A DNA stretch of 64,000 bases from Nibricoccus sp. (GCA_049840895.1 JASGJB010000075.1:44816-108815), one strand, 5' to 3'; shown: positions 9,972 to 21,334, counted from the first letter of the stretch. Numbers and translations are program-made. Notes: generated by a model not told the origin, from the sequence alone.

Positions 9972-11413
9972 TCAGCGCACGGCGCGTTCGGCGAGGGCGA
10001 GACCGGCTTGCAGGCAGGCGGGAACCGAGATGCCGTCGCGTACTTGTCCGCCGATGTGAAGGCGCGGGTAGGTGTGTTCGCAGGTTTCGATCGCGGTGAG
10101 GAAGCGTTCGTGGCCGAGGTCGTACTGCGGGATAGCGTGCGACCACGCATTGTGACGGATAAAAACGGGATCGCCAGTCACGCCGAGAAGCTGCCGGAGA
10201 TCGGGGAGGATTTCTGTGAGCAGGCGGTCGGAGGAAAGGCGGGCAAGTTCGGGCTGGCGGGTGCCACCGGCAAGGACGGTGATGGCGACGTGGCCAGCGG
10301 GCGCGCGAAGGGGGAAGAGGCTGGAAGAAAAAGAGCGCCGAGGATTTTTTTATGTTCGAGGGCGGGAACGAGGGCGCCGAATCCGTCGAGCGGATGCGAT
10401 ACTTGCTCCCGGCGGAAACCAAGGAAGAGCGAGGCGACGGGCGGATGGACGACGCCGGCGAGCGAGGAGAGCGGCCGGTCGGTGGAGGCGCGGTGGTCGT
10501 TGGTTGTGAAGACGAGTTTCGCGAGCGCATGCGCGGGAAGCGCGAGAATAATGGACGAAAAATTTTCGCTGTGAAGATCGCTTGAGGAGGCTACGGAGGA
10601 CGGGGCGTTGTGCGTGTCCGGAAAAAGATGGCGGAAGGCGACGCGCCACGGAGCGCCGGGAGCGAAAGGCGGGGTCAGTGCTTCGACGACGGTGGAGAGC
10701 CGGGTAGTTCCGGATGGAAGCGCGCGGGCGATGGTGTCGGGGAGGGTTTGAAGACCCTCGCGGAAGGAGAGCAGGCGGGTTTTGGGCTGGCCGCGGCGTT
10801 TACGCGCGCGTGCCTGCGAGATCATGCCCTTGATGAGCGAGCCGTGGGTTTGCTCGGCGGTCCACAGAGAGGGAAACGAGTGGCGGGCGGAAAGTTTTTC
10901 CGGGTCGCCGGCGTAGACGCCGGACACGAAGGGGTTGAACGCGTAGTCGAGGAATTCCCGGCCAAAGTGTTCGCGAATGAAGGTAGCGAGAGGGACGTCC
11001 GTTTCGCGGTCGTGAGGATTGAACGTCAGGTCGCGAAGGAGGCGGAGTTTTCCGAGAGGTGAGAAGAGGGACGTGCCGATCAGGTCGGGCGGTGAAAGCG
11101 GTGCGGGGCGGAGGCGGCCGCCGCGAACGATGAAGCGTTTTTTCGCGGACGGATCTGTGGGAAGGATTTCGGAGGCGATGCCGAGTTCTGTGAGGAAGCC
11201 GGCGACTTCGCGGGAATTTTCCTGGATGGAATTGGGGCCGGACTCGATGAGCCAGCCATCGGGTGTGCGTTCACTGCGGATGACGCCGCCGAGGTGGGGA
11301 GAAGCCTCGAAGAGACGAACGCGGTGACCGAGTTTTGTGAGACGGTATGCCGCGGCGAGGCCGGTGATGCCACCGCCGATGACGGCTATCGGAAGATTTT
11401 GTGCGGGATTCAC
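9972..11413 (-). CDS. hemY: Protoporphyrinogen oxidase, HemY-type FAD enzyme (two -1 indels near 10330 and 10312)
   Basis: IAVIGGGITGLAAAY Rossmann motif, ESGPNS, GVYAGDPEKLS, GFGALVP, AIPQYDLGH, GISVPAC; restoring single bases in T and C runs gives GALFSSSLFPLRAPAGH. Confidence 0.9.
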
Positions 11414-11437
11414 CACGGAGACACGGAGGGCGCGGAG
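11410..11437. repeat. Short intergenic repeat TCACCACGGAGACACGGAGGGCGCGGAG
   Basis: 18/19 identical to 12514-12532; internal CACGGAG periodicity. Confidence 0.75.
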
Positions 11438-11451
11438 TGTCGGAGACGCTG

Positions 11452-12507
11452 TTAGTTCTTCCAGGTGGTGACGGTGTCGACGAGGGCCTGCATGCACTCG
11501 ATCCTGGCGGCGGGGGTGATGCCGTGGCCGAGGTTGAAAATGTGACCGTGGGCACCGCGCATGGATTCGAGGAGGCGGGTGGTTTCGCGCGCGACGATCT
11601 CGGGGGTCGTCTGCATGAGGACGGGGTCGAGGTTGCCCTGGACGGCGATGTTGTCGGGGAGGTTGCGGCGGGTGATGGCGAGCTCGTGCGTCCAGTCGAG
11701 GCTGATGGCTTTGACGCCGGAGAAGGCCTGGTCGGTGAGCTGCGTGGCGGTACCTTTGGCGTAGAGGATGACGGGGAAGCCGGCGGGAAGAGCGGCGACG
11801 ATCTGGCGTATCCAGCGAAGGGATGCCGCTTGATAATCCTGGCCGGAGAGGATGCCGCCCCAGGAGTCGAAGATCTGGATGGCGTCGGCGCCCATGCGGA
11901 TCTGCATCTGGAAATAGGCGATGAGCGAGGCGGTGAGTTTTTCGAGGAGGGCGTCGAAGGTGGCGCGGTCGGTGTAGAAAAGAAGTTTGATGCGCTCGAA
12001 GTCGTCGGAGCTGCCGCCTTCGACCATGTAGGTGGCGAGTGTCCAGGGAGAGCCGCCGAAGCCGAGGAGGGCTTTGTTGGCGATGGCGGGATCGGAGGAC
12101 GAGGTGATTTCTTTTTTGAGGAGTGCGAGCGCTTCGCCTACGTAGGTGAGTTTTTCGGTGACGGATTCGGCGGGGGCGAGGGCGTCGACCTGGGCACGCG
12201 TTTCGATGCGGTAGCTCATGGCGATGCCACCGGTGTCGCGGAAGGCGTAAGGCTGGCCGAGGGCTTCGGGGATGACGAGGATGTCGGAAAATAGGATGGC
12301 GGCGTCGAGGCCGGGGAAACGGCGGAGCGGCTGGAGCGTGACCTCGGTGGCGACGGCGGGGGTCTTCACCATTTCGAGGAAGGAGGACTTCGCTTTAAGC
12401 GCGCGGTATTCGGGCATGTAGCGACCGGCCTGGCGCATGACCCAAATGGGCGGGCGTTCGAGAGGCTGGCAGTTGATTGCGGCGAGGAAACGGTCGCGGG
12501 AAGTCAT
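11452..12507 (-). CDS. hemE: Uroporphyrinogen decarboxylase
   Basis: PIWVMRQAGRYMPEY, DAAILFSDIL, GFGGSPWTLATY, QIFDSWGG, QGNLDP, FNLGHGI. Confidence 0.97.
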   Translation of the reverse strand: MTSRDRFLAAINCQPLERPPIWVMRQAGRYMPEYRALKAKSSFLEMVKTPAVATEVTLQPLRRFPGLDAAILFSDILVIPEALGQPYAFRDTGGIAMSYRIETRAQVDALAPAESVTEKLTYVGEALALLKKEITSSSDPAIANKALLGFGGSPWTLATYMVEGGSSDDFERIKLLFYTDRATFDALLEKLTASLIAYFQMQIRMGADAIQIFDSWGGILSGQDYQAASLRWIRQIVAALPAGFPVILYAKGTATQLTDQAFSGVKAISLDWTHELAITRRNLPDNIAVQGNLDPVLMQTTPEIVARETTRLLESMRGAHGHIFNLGHGITPAARIECMQALVDTVTTWKN

Positions 12508-12513
12508 GTGAAC

Positions 12514-12547
12514 TCACCACGGAGACACAGAGCGCGAAGGGAGTGAA
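12514..12547. repeat. Second copy of the TCACCACGGAGACAC repeat
   Basis: TCACCACGGAGACACAGAGCGCGAAGG-GAGTGAA, immediately upstream of the hemE ATG. Confidence 0.75.
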
Positions 12548-12551
12548 ACTT

Positions 12552-12578
12552 TTTCAAGGGCGCGCCGGAGCCTTGAAA
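12552..12578. other. Inverted repeat between hemF and hemE
   Basis: TTTCAAGG-N11-CCTTGAAA; no clean U-tract in the hem direction, so possibly a stabilising hairpin or operator. Confidence 0.4.
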
Positions 12579-12587
12579 TACATGTGA

Positions 12588-13643
<1,056 letters not shown>

Positions 13644-13667
13644 AAAACCTGCGGAGAGCGATGGAGC

Positions 13668-14552
13668 TTATTCGGGAGTGCGGAGGACGCCTTTGCCTTC
13701 GTGGGGACGGAGGCGGGCGACGAGGCCGTAGCGGGGGCTGGCGAGGGCGGAGAGGATGAACGCCGCGCCGAGGCAGAGGACGATGCTGGCGCCGCTTGCG
13801 AGGCCGGCGTGGTAGCTGAGGAGGATGCCGCCGATCGTGCCCACGAGCGCGAGGCTGACTGAGGTAAGGAGGAGTTTACCGAAGTGATCGCACCAGAGAT
13901 AAGCAGTGACGGCGGGCAGAAGGAAAAGGCCGAGGGCGAGGACGATGCCCATCGCCTGGAGGGCGGCGACGAGGTTGAGAACGGTGAGTGCGAGCAGGCC
14001 GAGGTGGACGATGGTGCCGCGTCCGCCGGTGGCGCGGTGGAAGATCGGGTCGAAGGTCTCGAGGAGGATGCCGCGTCGGAAAATGGCGAATACGGCGATC
14101 GTGAGTCCGCTGGCGAGGGCGGACAGGCGGAGGTCGTCGGGGCTGACGCCGAGGATGTTGCCGAAGAGAAAATGCATCAGATCGATGCGGGCTTTCATGA
14201 CACTGACGAGCGCGATGCCGGCGGCGAAGAAGATGACGAAGAGTGAGCCGAAGGCGGCGTCCTCCTTGATCCGCGTGAGCCGGCTGAGAAGCGCGCTGCC
14301 GGCTGCGGTGAGTAATCCAGCGATGAGGGCGCCGAGGAAGAGGGCGAAGGTGTTGGGGCCGCAGAGGAGAAACGCGACGGCGACTCCTGGGAGCAGGGAG
14401 TGGGAAAGCGCGTCACCCATCAGGGCGAGGCGCCGGAGCACGAGGATCGAGCCGAGGAGTCCGCCGCTAAGGCTGAGCAACGCGGCGGAGAGGAGGCCGC
14501 GTTGCATGAACTCGAAGGTGAAGGGCTCGATGAGGAGCTCGTGGAAGGACAT
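13668..14552 (-). CDS. Zn/Mn ABC transporter permease (ZnuB/MntB family)
   Basis: VLRRLALMGDALSHSLLPGVA, HFLFGNILG, FDPIF, GIVLALGLFLLPAVTA. Confidence 0.92.
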   Translation of the reverse strand: MSFHELLIEPFTFEFMQRGLLSAALLSLSGGLLGSILVLRRLALMGDALSHSLLPGVAVAFLLCGPNTFALFLGALIAGLLTAAGSALLSRLTRIKEDAAFGSLFVIFFAAGIALVSVMKARIDLMHFLFGNILGVSPDDLRLSALASGLTIAVFAIFRRGILLETFDPIFHRATGGRGTIVHLGLLALTVLNLVAALQAMGIVLALGLFLLPAVTAYLWCDHFGKLLLTSVSLALVGTIGGILLSYHAGLASGASIVLCLGAAFILSALASPRYGLVARLRPHEGKGVLRTPE

Positions 14553-14608
14553 CGGAAGTGAGACGTGCGGCGAAATCGGCAAGTAACGCGGATGGCGCTT
14601 AGATTAAG

Positions 14609-14644
14609 CGCAAAGACGCGAAGGTGCTAAGGTCGGAGCGAAGA
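14609..14644. repeat. Octamer-type intergenic repeat (CGCAAAGA family)
   Basis: CGCAAAGA-CGCGAAGG-TGCTAAGG...CGAAGA. Confidence 0.65.
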
Positions 14645-14686
14645 TGGTGAGAGGAGAGTCGGAGGTGATCGCGGAAGCGCGGGTGA

Positions 14687-15466
14687 TCATTTGGGGAAGT
14701 GGGCGGTGCGGATGAGTTTCAACGGATCGTCAGCGTGGGCGCAGTGGCCGCCGCGGTAGGCGGCGTTGATGTTGGGTGGCGTGATCACCTCAGCGACGGG
14801 GCCGAAGGCGATGAGGCGGGTGTTGATCAGGAGGGTGTTGACGAAATGCTGTCGGGCCAGCGCCAGATCGTGGACGACCGCGAGGACGGTGCGGCCCTGT
14901 GCCTGCCAGCCGCGGAGGATGTGGGCGAGTTCCTCCGTGGCGTGAAGATCGAGTCCGGCGAACGGTTCATCGAGGAGGAAAATGTCGGCGCCTTGGGCGA
15001 GGGCGCGGGCGAGGAAGACGCGCTGTTGTTGTCCGCCGGAGAGCTGGCTGATCTGACGATCGGCGAGGTTGACGATATCGAGTTCGTCGAGGGCGCGATC
15101 GACGGCGGCGTGGTCGGTTTTCGAGAAGCGGGTGAAAAGACCGAGAGCGGGGTAGCGGCCTTGTTCGACGACGGCGCGGACGGTGATGGGGAAATCCCAG
15201 TCGATGAGATGGCGCTGCGGAAGGTAGGCGAGACGGGGAAGCTGGTGATGCGTGTGGTGGTCGCCGATGCGGATTTCGCCGGTGTCGAGCGGATGCCAGC
15301 CGAGGATGGCGCGAAGGAGCGTTGATTTGCCCGCGCCGTTGGGGCCGAGAATCGCGGTGAGGCTGCCGCAGGGAATGTTCACGCTCAAGTGATCGAGCGC
15401 GAGAACGGCGCCGTGACGAACGGTGACGTTGGAGAAGCGCAGGATGTTGTGGGAGGCGTGGGACAA
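14687..15466 (-). CDS. Zn/Mn ABC transporter ATP-binding subunit (ZnuC/MntA family)
   Basis: GPNGAGKST, YLPQR..DWDFPITV, LSGGQQQRVFLARAL, LLDEPFAG, VVHDL. Confidence 0.93.
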   Translation of the reverse strand: MSHASHNILRFSNVTVRHGAVLALDHLSVNIPCGSLTAILGPNGAGKSTLLRAILGWHPLDTGEIRIGDHHTHHQLPRLAYLPQRHLIDWDFPITVRAVVEQGRYPALGLFTRFSKTDHAAVDRALDELDIVNLADRQISQLSGGQQQRVFLARALAQGADIFLLDEPFAGLDLHATEELAHILRGWQAQGRTVLAVVHDLALARQHFVNTLLINTRLIAFGPVAEVITPPNINAAYRGGHCAHADDPLKLIRTAHFPK

Positions 15467-15474
15467 CGGAAGAA

Positions 15475-15510
15475 GAGGGAAGAGTGAAAAGTGAAGAGTG
15501 AAGCCGGAGT
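15475..15510. repeat. Heptamer tandem repeat (xAGTGAA) followed by GCCGGAGT
   Basis: GAGGGAA-GAGTGAA-AAGTGAA-GAGTGAA-GCCGGAGT; matches 595-645. Confidence 0.7.
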
Positions 15511-15536
15511 TGACGGGAACGGAGCTGTCCCGTGAC

Positions 15537-16481
15537 TTACTTTAAGGCGCTGGCGATGGTTTCGATGTTGGTGCGGGTCATTCCGAGGAATGTCGCGCCG
15601 GGGGTGCCGGGGGCGCCGAGGCTGTCGGTGTAGAGTTCGTTGATGACGGTGACGCCGGCTTCTTTGGCGAGGAGCACGGGGATTTTGGGATTGGTTGTGG
15701 ACTCGATGAAAATCGCGGGGACTTTTTCACGACGGATGAGTTTCACGACTGAGGCGAGTTGTTTGGCGCTCGGTTCCTGGTCGGGGCGGAGTCCGGAGAT
15801 GGGGATGATTTCGAGGCCGTATGCTTTGCCAAGGTAGCGCAGGGAATCGTGCGAGGTGACGAGTTTGCGGCGGGCGGCGGGAATCGCGGTGATTGTTTTC
15901 CGGAACTGGCCGTCGAGCGCGGTGAGTTCTGCGAGGTAGGCGGCGGCGCGTGTGTTGATCGCGTCGGCGGACGCGGGCGTGAGTTTAATCAAGGCGTCGC
16001 GGATGTTGCCGACGTAGCGGGCGGCAAGACGCAGATCGTGCCAGGCGTGCGGGTCGATTTCGCCGTGATCGTGATGCGCGTGATCGTGGGTGGAATGGTC
16101 GTGATGATCGTCCTCCTCGGCGCGAAGCGGTGTGATGCCGACGCTCGCTGTGACCACGGTGCCGCGGGAGCCCGAGTTTTGAATGAGTTTTTCGAGCCAC
16201 GTTTCAAAACCCAGGCCGTTGACGACGATGAGATCGGCTTGGGCGAGCTGGCGGATATCGGCCGGTGTAGGATCGTATCCGTGCGGGTCGTGTCCGGGCG
16301 CCAGCAGGCAGCGGGCATTGATGGCGTCACCGCCGAGAGTGCGGACGAAGTCGTCGAGAATCGTGGTTGTGCTGACGACAACGGGCAGACTGGTGGTGTC
16401 GGCGGCGACGGCTGCGCGCGTCCACAAAACGCCTAGGAGGGTAGTTAGGATGAACAGCCGAAGGGTCCGCGAAAGTGACAT
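15537..16481 (-). CDS. Metal ABC transporter substrate-binding protein with His-rich loop (ZnuA-like)
   Basis: Signal peptide, DPHGYDPTPAD, NGLGFETW, His/Asp loop EEDDHHDHSTHDHAHHDHG, DPHAW, TSHDSLRYL, LYTDSLG. Confidence 0.92.
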   Translation of the reverse strand: MSLSRTLRLFILTTLLGVLWTRAAVAADTTSLPVVVSTTTILDDFVRTLGGDAINARCLLAPGHDPHGYDPTPADIRQLAQADLIVVNGLGFETWLEKLIQNSGSRGTVVTASVGITPLRAEEDDHHDHSTHDHAHHDHGEIDPHAWHDLRLAARYVGNIRDALIKLTPASADAINTRAAAYLAELTALDGQFRKTITAIPAARRKLVTSHDSLRYLGKAYGLEIIPISGLRPDQEPSAKQLASVVKLIRREKVPAIFIESTTNPKIPVLLAKEAGVTVINELYTDSLGAPGTPGATFLGMTRTNIETIASALK

Positions 16482-16488
16482 AGGGCGG

Positions 16489-16497
16489 ACTATAGCA
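16489..16497 (-). promoter_or_regulatory. Extended -10 element, probably giving a leaderless mRNA for the metal-binding protein gene
   Basis: Minus strand TG-C-TATAGT, 7 nt before ATG 16481; no Shine-Dalgarno. Confidence 0.5.
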
Positions 16498-16590
16498 ATG
16501 TTGTCCAGAGGGAGGGCGAGCGGGGAAAGGCGGACGCTTTTTGGACGCAGCGCCGGATGACGTGCCGATGCTGGAAGGACGCGGCCCAAA

Positions 16591-17745
16591 TTACTTGCTG
16601 CTCTTCGATTTTACCGGAGGCGCGATCGGGACGAATTTGACCGTGGGTTCGTCGGCAGGAGCGGCCTTGTCGGTTTCAGAAGGCGACACCGGAGAGACGG
16701 GGGACTCGACCGGATTCGGCCGGCGAGGCGGGGCGAGGTTGCCGCGGACGGGGCCGCTTTCAACGGGCGATACGGGGCTGACGGGACTGCTCGTCACGGG
16801 TGCCGTGGCGGGAGCCGGCGCGGGGCTGGCGACGGGCGAGGCGGGTGAACTGGCCTGAAGGGTGGCAAAACCGCGTTCGATGAGTTCGACGGATTTCATG
16901 TCGCGGGCGCGGCCCATGTCGATTTCGCCCTTGGGGCCGAAGCTGCCCATGATGACCACGATGATGCGGCGGCCGTTGCGTTCGGCGGTGGCGCTGAGGC
17001 AATAACCGGCGGATTTGGTGTAACCGGTCTTGAGGCCGTCCACGCCGGCCACTTTGCCGAGGAGCTTGTTGTGGTTTTCCATTTCGATCGGTTCGGCGCG
17101 TTCGCGGCCGAAGGTGCGCTTCTTGATGGAGGAGTATTTAAGAATGTCGGTTTTTGTGATGGCTTCCCGGCAGAGCAGGGCGAAGTCGGCCGGCGTTGTC
17201 ATATCGCTGTCGTCGATCTGGCGGGAGGAAGGGGGGAGGCCGTGCGGGGAGGTGAAGTGGGTGCGGAGCATTCCGAGCGCTTGTGCGCGTTGATTCATTT
17301 TCTGGACGAAGATCTCACGGGATCCGGCGGCGGCGCGGGCGAGGGCGGTGGCGGCGTCGTTGGCGGACTGGATCATGAGCGCGTAGAGAAGTTCTTCGAC
17401 GGTGAAGGTTTCGCGCGGGTCGAGGTAAACCTGGGTGCCTCCCATGTTGTAGTCCTCCTTCGTGATCTGCACGGGAGTGTCCAGCGCGAGAGTGCCGGCC
17501 TTGATGGCGTCGGCTACGACGAGGAAGGTCATGATCTTCGTCATCGAGGCGGGAGGGCTTTCGATGTGGGCGTTGTCCTCCAGGAGAATTTTACCCGTGG
17601 CGGCGTCGGTCACAACATAGCCTTTGAAAATGCCGGCGGTGCCGGTGGCGGGCTTGCTCTTGGTCTGGGCGAAGACGGTCGCCGAGGGGGCGATCAGCAG
17701 TGAGACAAAGGCGAAAATGGCGCGGACAAGACGGACGGACGACAT
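16591..17745 (-). CDS. D-alanyl-D-alanine carboxypeptidase (peptidase S11) with Pro/Ser/Val-rich tail
   Basis: PASMTK (SxxK), QSANDAA (SxN), PHGL, GLKTGYT (KTG); signal peptide. Confidence 0.93.
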   Translation of the reverse strand: MSSVRLVRAIFAFVSLLIAPSATVFAQTKSKPATGTAGIFKGYVVTDAATGKILLEDNAHIESPPASMTKIMTFLVVADAIKAGTLALDTPVQITKEDYNMGGTQVYLDPRETFTVEELLYALMIQSANDAATALARAAAGSREIFVQKMNQRAQALGMLRTHFTSPHGLPPSSRQIDDSDMTTPADFALLCREAITKTDILKYSSIKKRTFGRERAEPIEMENHNKLLGKVAGVDGLKTGYTKSAGYCLSATAERNGRRIIVVIMGSFGPKGEIDMGRARDMKSVELIERGFATLQASSPASPVASPAPAPATAPVTSSPVSPVSPVESGPVRGNLAPPRRPNPVESPVSPVSPSETDKAAPADEPTVKFVPIAPPVKSKSSK

Positions 17746-17846
17746 GCGGCGCAGAAAGGGGGTTTTTTCGCGGCGCGGCGAGCGGAAAGCGGGGGAGTTT
17801 TTTTGGGCAGGCGGAAGATCGTGGACGGACGAAAAAGAGGCGGGGA

Positions 17847-19547
17847 TCAGCGGGTGCGGAGACGGGCGATGAAGCTCCAGCCGCCGGTGGCGTTTTGGAT
17901 TTTTATCAGAAGGTGGTTTTTGCCCTTTTTGAGGCGCAGCGGAATCACGTCGTCGTCGAGGCGGCTCATGCGGCGTACCCAGCGATCATTCACGAGCTGG
18001 CCATTGAGCCAGATTTTCACGCCGTCGTCGCTGCCGAGGCCGAGCCAGGCGTCGGTATCGGCCGGGGCCTCGAATTCAGTCCATGCGTAGCCGACGCTAT
18101 AGTCGTGTTCGCCGAAGTCGACGAGGCCGTCGGAGGCGGCGAGGCGTTTCCATGTGAGTGTGTTGCCATCGATCTGTTGCGGGGCACCCGGTGTCGGATT
18201 GACGGTTCCCGCGCCGGCTTCGGAAAACCAGTCGGTGTTGAATGCGCTCATCTGGGACGCGCGGGAGACTTTGGCGGTGGATACCTGGACAGCTTTGAGC
18301 ATCACAGTGTCGTCGGCGGCGACGTGATCGACTTCGGAGAAGTTTTTTTCCTCCACCTTGATGGGTTCGAGCACGAGCCAGTTTGGCAGTGGTACCTCGT
18401 TGCGGGCGTCGCCGTTGAGCCAGGAAGCGTCGGCGGAGAGTGATTTGTTTTCCGGAGGGACGACGAATGCGTAGTCGAAGGTTCCGGCGATGGCGGTGCC
18501 GTGGTCGATGGCCGGAGCAAAGACCGCCTGTTTGCGCAGAGCGTCGCCGAGCGGACCCTTGAGCGCGTCCGGAACGACGGAGCCGGGGAGCAAGGTGACT
18601 TGGGAAACACTTCCGTCGGCGGCGATGTCGAGATGTGCTTCGACGCGCGTAATGCCTCGCTGGCGTAGTCCGTCGGCGCGAAGGGGATCTCCGATGAGAA
18701 GCGGGCCGGTTTTTTCTCCGGAAAAAGCAAGGGGACGCGTGAGAGTGAAGTACTGCTGCCGGTCTTTCCAGGAGCGCGGATTTGCCGGGTCGAGCGCGGC
18801 AAGGAGGCTGTTGAGGTCGTCGGTGAATTTTTTAATGGCGGTGAGGTCAGTCGCGCGGTTGCCGAGAAGCGGCACGCCGTTGCGGGAGAGAACGACCATT
18901 TGTGCGCCTTCCTCGGGAGCATAGCGGTTGAGCAGGCTCATCGATGGTTGCGCGTCGAAGTTCGCGACGAGCCAGGGCATGTAGCTTTCCGCGGCGATGC
19001 GGTTATGCTCGGAACGACTGTGTCTGACGCCCATGAATACGCAGCCGACTTTTCCGGGATAGACGCGCTGGATGCGTTCGAAGGCGGCGGTGAAGGTGCG
19101 GACCATGAACCAGGACTCGTTGTCGTTGTGCGAGCCGTAGAGGACGATGAGGAGTTCCGGCTCGGGAATCGCGGTGAGGTCGGCGGGGACGAGGGTTTTG
19201 TTTTTCACCGACAGGACGTTGCCGAGGAGATCACTCGTGGCGGCGCTTTTGGCCTCGCTCCAGCGCTGAGCGCGAGCCGGATGCTTTGCGATTTCGCGGT
19301 ATAGTCGAAGCGTATCGTCGGGAGACAGACCGCGGAGCTGGACACGGCGGCCGGTGGTGAGGCTGGTCTTGAAGAGGGCGAAGGGGCCGATGATCTCGGT
19401 GGGTTCTCCCCGGAATTTCGCCCCGGACATGTCCTGCCATTCGGAGGGTTTGGCGGGCAGGTGGAGCGGAGCGAGCGCGAGAAAGCCGAGAGCGAGAAAG
19501 GTGAGCGCGCGCAAAGCGGCGGACGGGAGTGCGGTGGGGTGACGCAT
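17847..19547 (-). CDS. Exported multidomain hypothetical protein (SHD1-like, Cys-less thioredoxin-like, TonB-C-like, PA14/galactose-binding-like)
   Basis: Signal peptide; EWQDMSG...LSPDD; LIVLYGSH...MPWL...MVVLSRNG; LDIAADGSV...FAPAIDHG; LGSDDGVKIWLNG...LKKGKNHLLIKI. Confidence 0.7.
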   Translation of the reverse strand: MRHPTALPSAALRALTFLALGFLALAPLHLPAKPSEWQDMSGAKFRGEPTEIIGPFALFKTSLTTGRRVQLRGLSPDDTLRLYREIAKHPARAQRWSEAKSAATSDLLGNVLSVKNKTLVPADLTAIPEPELLIVLYGSHNDNESWFMVRTFTAAFERIQRVYPGKVGCVFMGVRHSRSEHNRIAAESYMPWLVANFDAQPSMSLLNRYAPEEGAQMVVLSRNGVPLLGNRATDLTAIKKFTDDLNSLLAALDPANPRSWKDRQQYFTLTRPLAFSGEKTGPLLIGDPLRADGLRQRGITRVEAHLDIAADGSVSQVTLLPGSVVPDALKGPLGDALRKQAVFAPAIDHGTAIAGTFDYAFVVPPENKSLSADASWLNGDARNEVPLPNWLVLEPIKVEEKNFSEVDHVAADDTVMLKAVQVSTAKVSRASQMSAFNTDWFSEAGAGTVNPTPGAPQQIDGNTLTWKRLAASDGLVDFGEHDYSVGYAWTEFEAPADTDAWLGLGSDDGVKIWLNGQLVNDRWVRRMSRLDDDVIPLRLKKGKNHLLIKIQNATGGWSFIARLRTR

Positions 19548-19682
19548 GGCGTGGGGATGGCGCACAATCTTTTGCGGGCGCGATCCGGTCAATGCGCCGG
19601 CGTTGAGAGCGGGCGCGCGCGGGTTGCGATTAGTTGCCGGCGCGCCGCGTAAAGCCTTTGGCTCACGTGGTCAAATATCTGC

Positions 19683-21321
19683 TCAGGTCTGGACCTGCTC
19701 GATGGGGAGGTCGTGCAGTTTTAGCTTAAGGATTTTTTTCCGTGAAGTAGCGCATCGTCCAGTCGTTCGGGAAAAGAGCGATGGGGTTTTCGAACTTGTC
19801 GGTTCCGAAGCTCACGCCTTGGGCGACAACCAGTGAGGACGGATTCTTGAGCGCAGGATGCGGCTCGAGCCATTTGAGGATGGTCCACGGAGCAGGAACG
19901 AGTTTCGACTCGGCGTTGTACTCGGATTGAAGACGCCACTGGACGACTTCGAACTGGAGAGGACCGACCGCGGCGAGGAGTGTGGCGCCGGGCGGGGCGT
20001 TGCGGGCGTTGAAGGATTGGACGACGCCTTCCTGGAGGAGCTGCTCGAGACCGGCGCGGTATTTTTTGGCGTCGCCGGTGTTGGGATTGGAAATGTAGCT
20101 GAAGACCTCAGACGGGAAGCGCGGGATCTCGTCGTAGCAAATGCCGCGGTCGTTGGTGAGCGTGTCACCGATGCCGAATTCGCTGTGGCCGACGAGGCCG
20201 ATGACATCGCCGGGCCAGGCTTCGTCGACGGTCTCGCGGTCGCGGCCGAAAAGTTTGTGCGACGAGGAAAGGCGGACCTGTTTCCCGGTGCGCTGGTGAG
20301 TGACGACCATGTCGCGCTCGAACTTGCCGGAGCAGACGCGGAGAAACGCGATGCGGTCGCGGTGCTTGGCGTCCATGTTGGCCTGAATCTTGAAGATGAA
20401 GCCGGAGAATTTCGGATCATCGACGGGAACTTCACGAGCGACCGTGGGCTGAGGATTGCCCGGCACGGAGAGGGTGACGGATTTGCGCGGAGCGGGCGGA
20501 ACGGAGTCTTTGAGAAAACCGTCGAGCAGGAGCTGGATGCCGAAGTTGTTTACGGCGGAGCCGAAATAGACGGGCGTTTGCTGGCCGTGTTGGATGGCGT
20601 TGAGGTCGAACGGGTGACCGGCTCCGTCGAGCATCTCGAGCTGCTCTTTGACTTGGGCGAACGTGTAGTCGTCGAGCTTTTCGCGCACGAGAGGATCGTC
20701 GAGGTTGGCGACGTTGACGGGGGCTTGGAATTTACCGCCGGGGACGCGTTCGAAGAGGTGAACTTCCTTGGTGCGGCGGTCGAAAACGCCTTTGAAGGAC
20801 GGGCCGTTGCCGAGTGGCCAGATCACCGGCGAGGAGGCGAGGCCGAGGACGCTCTCGAGTTCGTCGAGCAGCGCGATGGGGTTCATCGTGGGCCGGTCGC
20901 ACTTGTTCATGAACGTGAAGATCGGAACGCCGCGGCGACGGCAGACCTCGAAGAGCTTGCGCGTCTGGGTTTCCACGCCCTTGGCGGCGTCGATCACCAT
21001 GAGTGCGGCGTCGACAGCGGTGAGAACGCGGTAGGTGTCCTCGGAGAAGTCCTTGTGGCCGGGAGTGTCGAGGAGGTTTACGGCGCAGCCGTTGTAGTCG
21101 AACTGGAGGACGGTGGAGCTGATCGAGATACCGCGTTGTTTCTCGAGCTCCATCCAGTCGGAGGCGGTGGCGCGCTGGTTTTTGCGGTCTTTGACGGCGC
21201 CGGCGAGATGGATGGCGTTGCCGTAGAGGAGGAACTTTTCGGTCAGCGTCGTCTTACCCGCGTCAGGGTGGGAGATGATGGCAAAGGTGCGGCGGCGGGC
21301 GATTTCGGCGGCGGGCGACAT
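19683..21321 (-). CDS. prfC: Peptide chain release factor 3 (+1 indel near 19728 shortens the C-terminus)
   Basis: RRRTFAIISHPDAGKTTLTEK, LLDTPGHKDFSEDTYR, FKIQANMD.KHRDRIAF, GPLQFEV; removing one T gives EKNPKLKLHDLPIEQVQT*. Confidence 0.97.
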
Positions 21322-21334
21322 GGGAAAAGAGGCG

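Noticed and set aside
16484-16510. Zur/Fur box upstream of the metal-binding protein gene
   Set aside because: No convincing palindrome; only the extended -10 is supported.
16660-16850. SPVSPV repeats in the carboxypeptidase tail as a mobile repeat
   Set aside because: Codons vary; an ordinary low-complexity linker.
19720-19735. Programmed frameshift in a release-factor gene
   Set aside because: The known programmed shift is in prfB near its 5' end; this is prfC near its 3' end and looks like an indel error.
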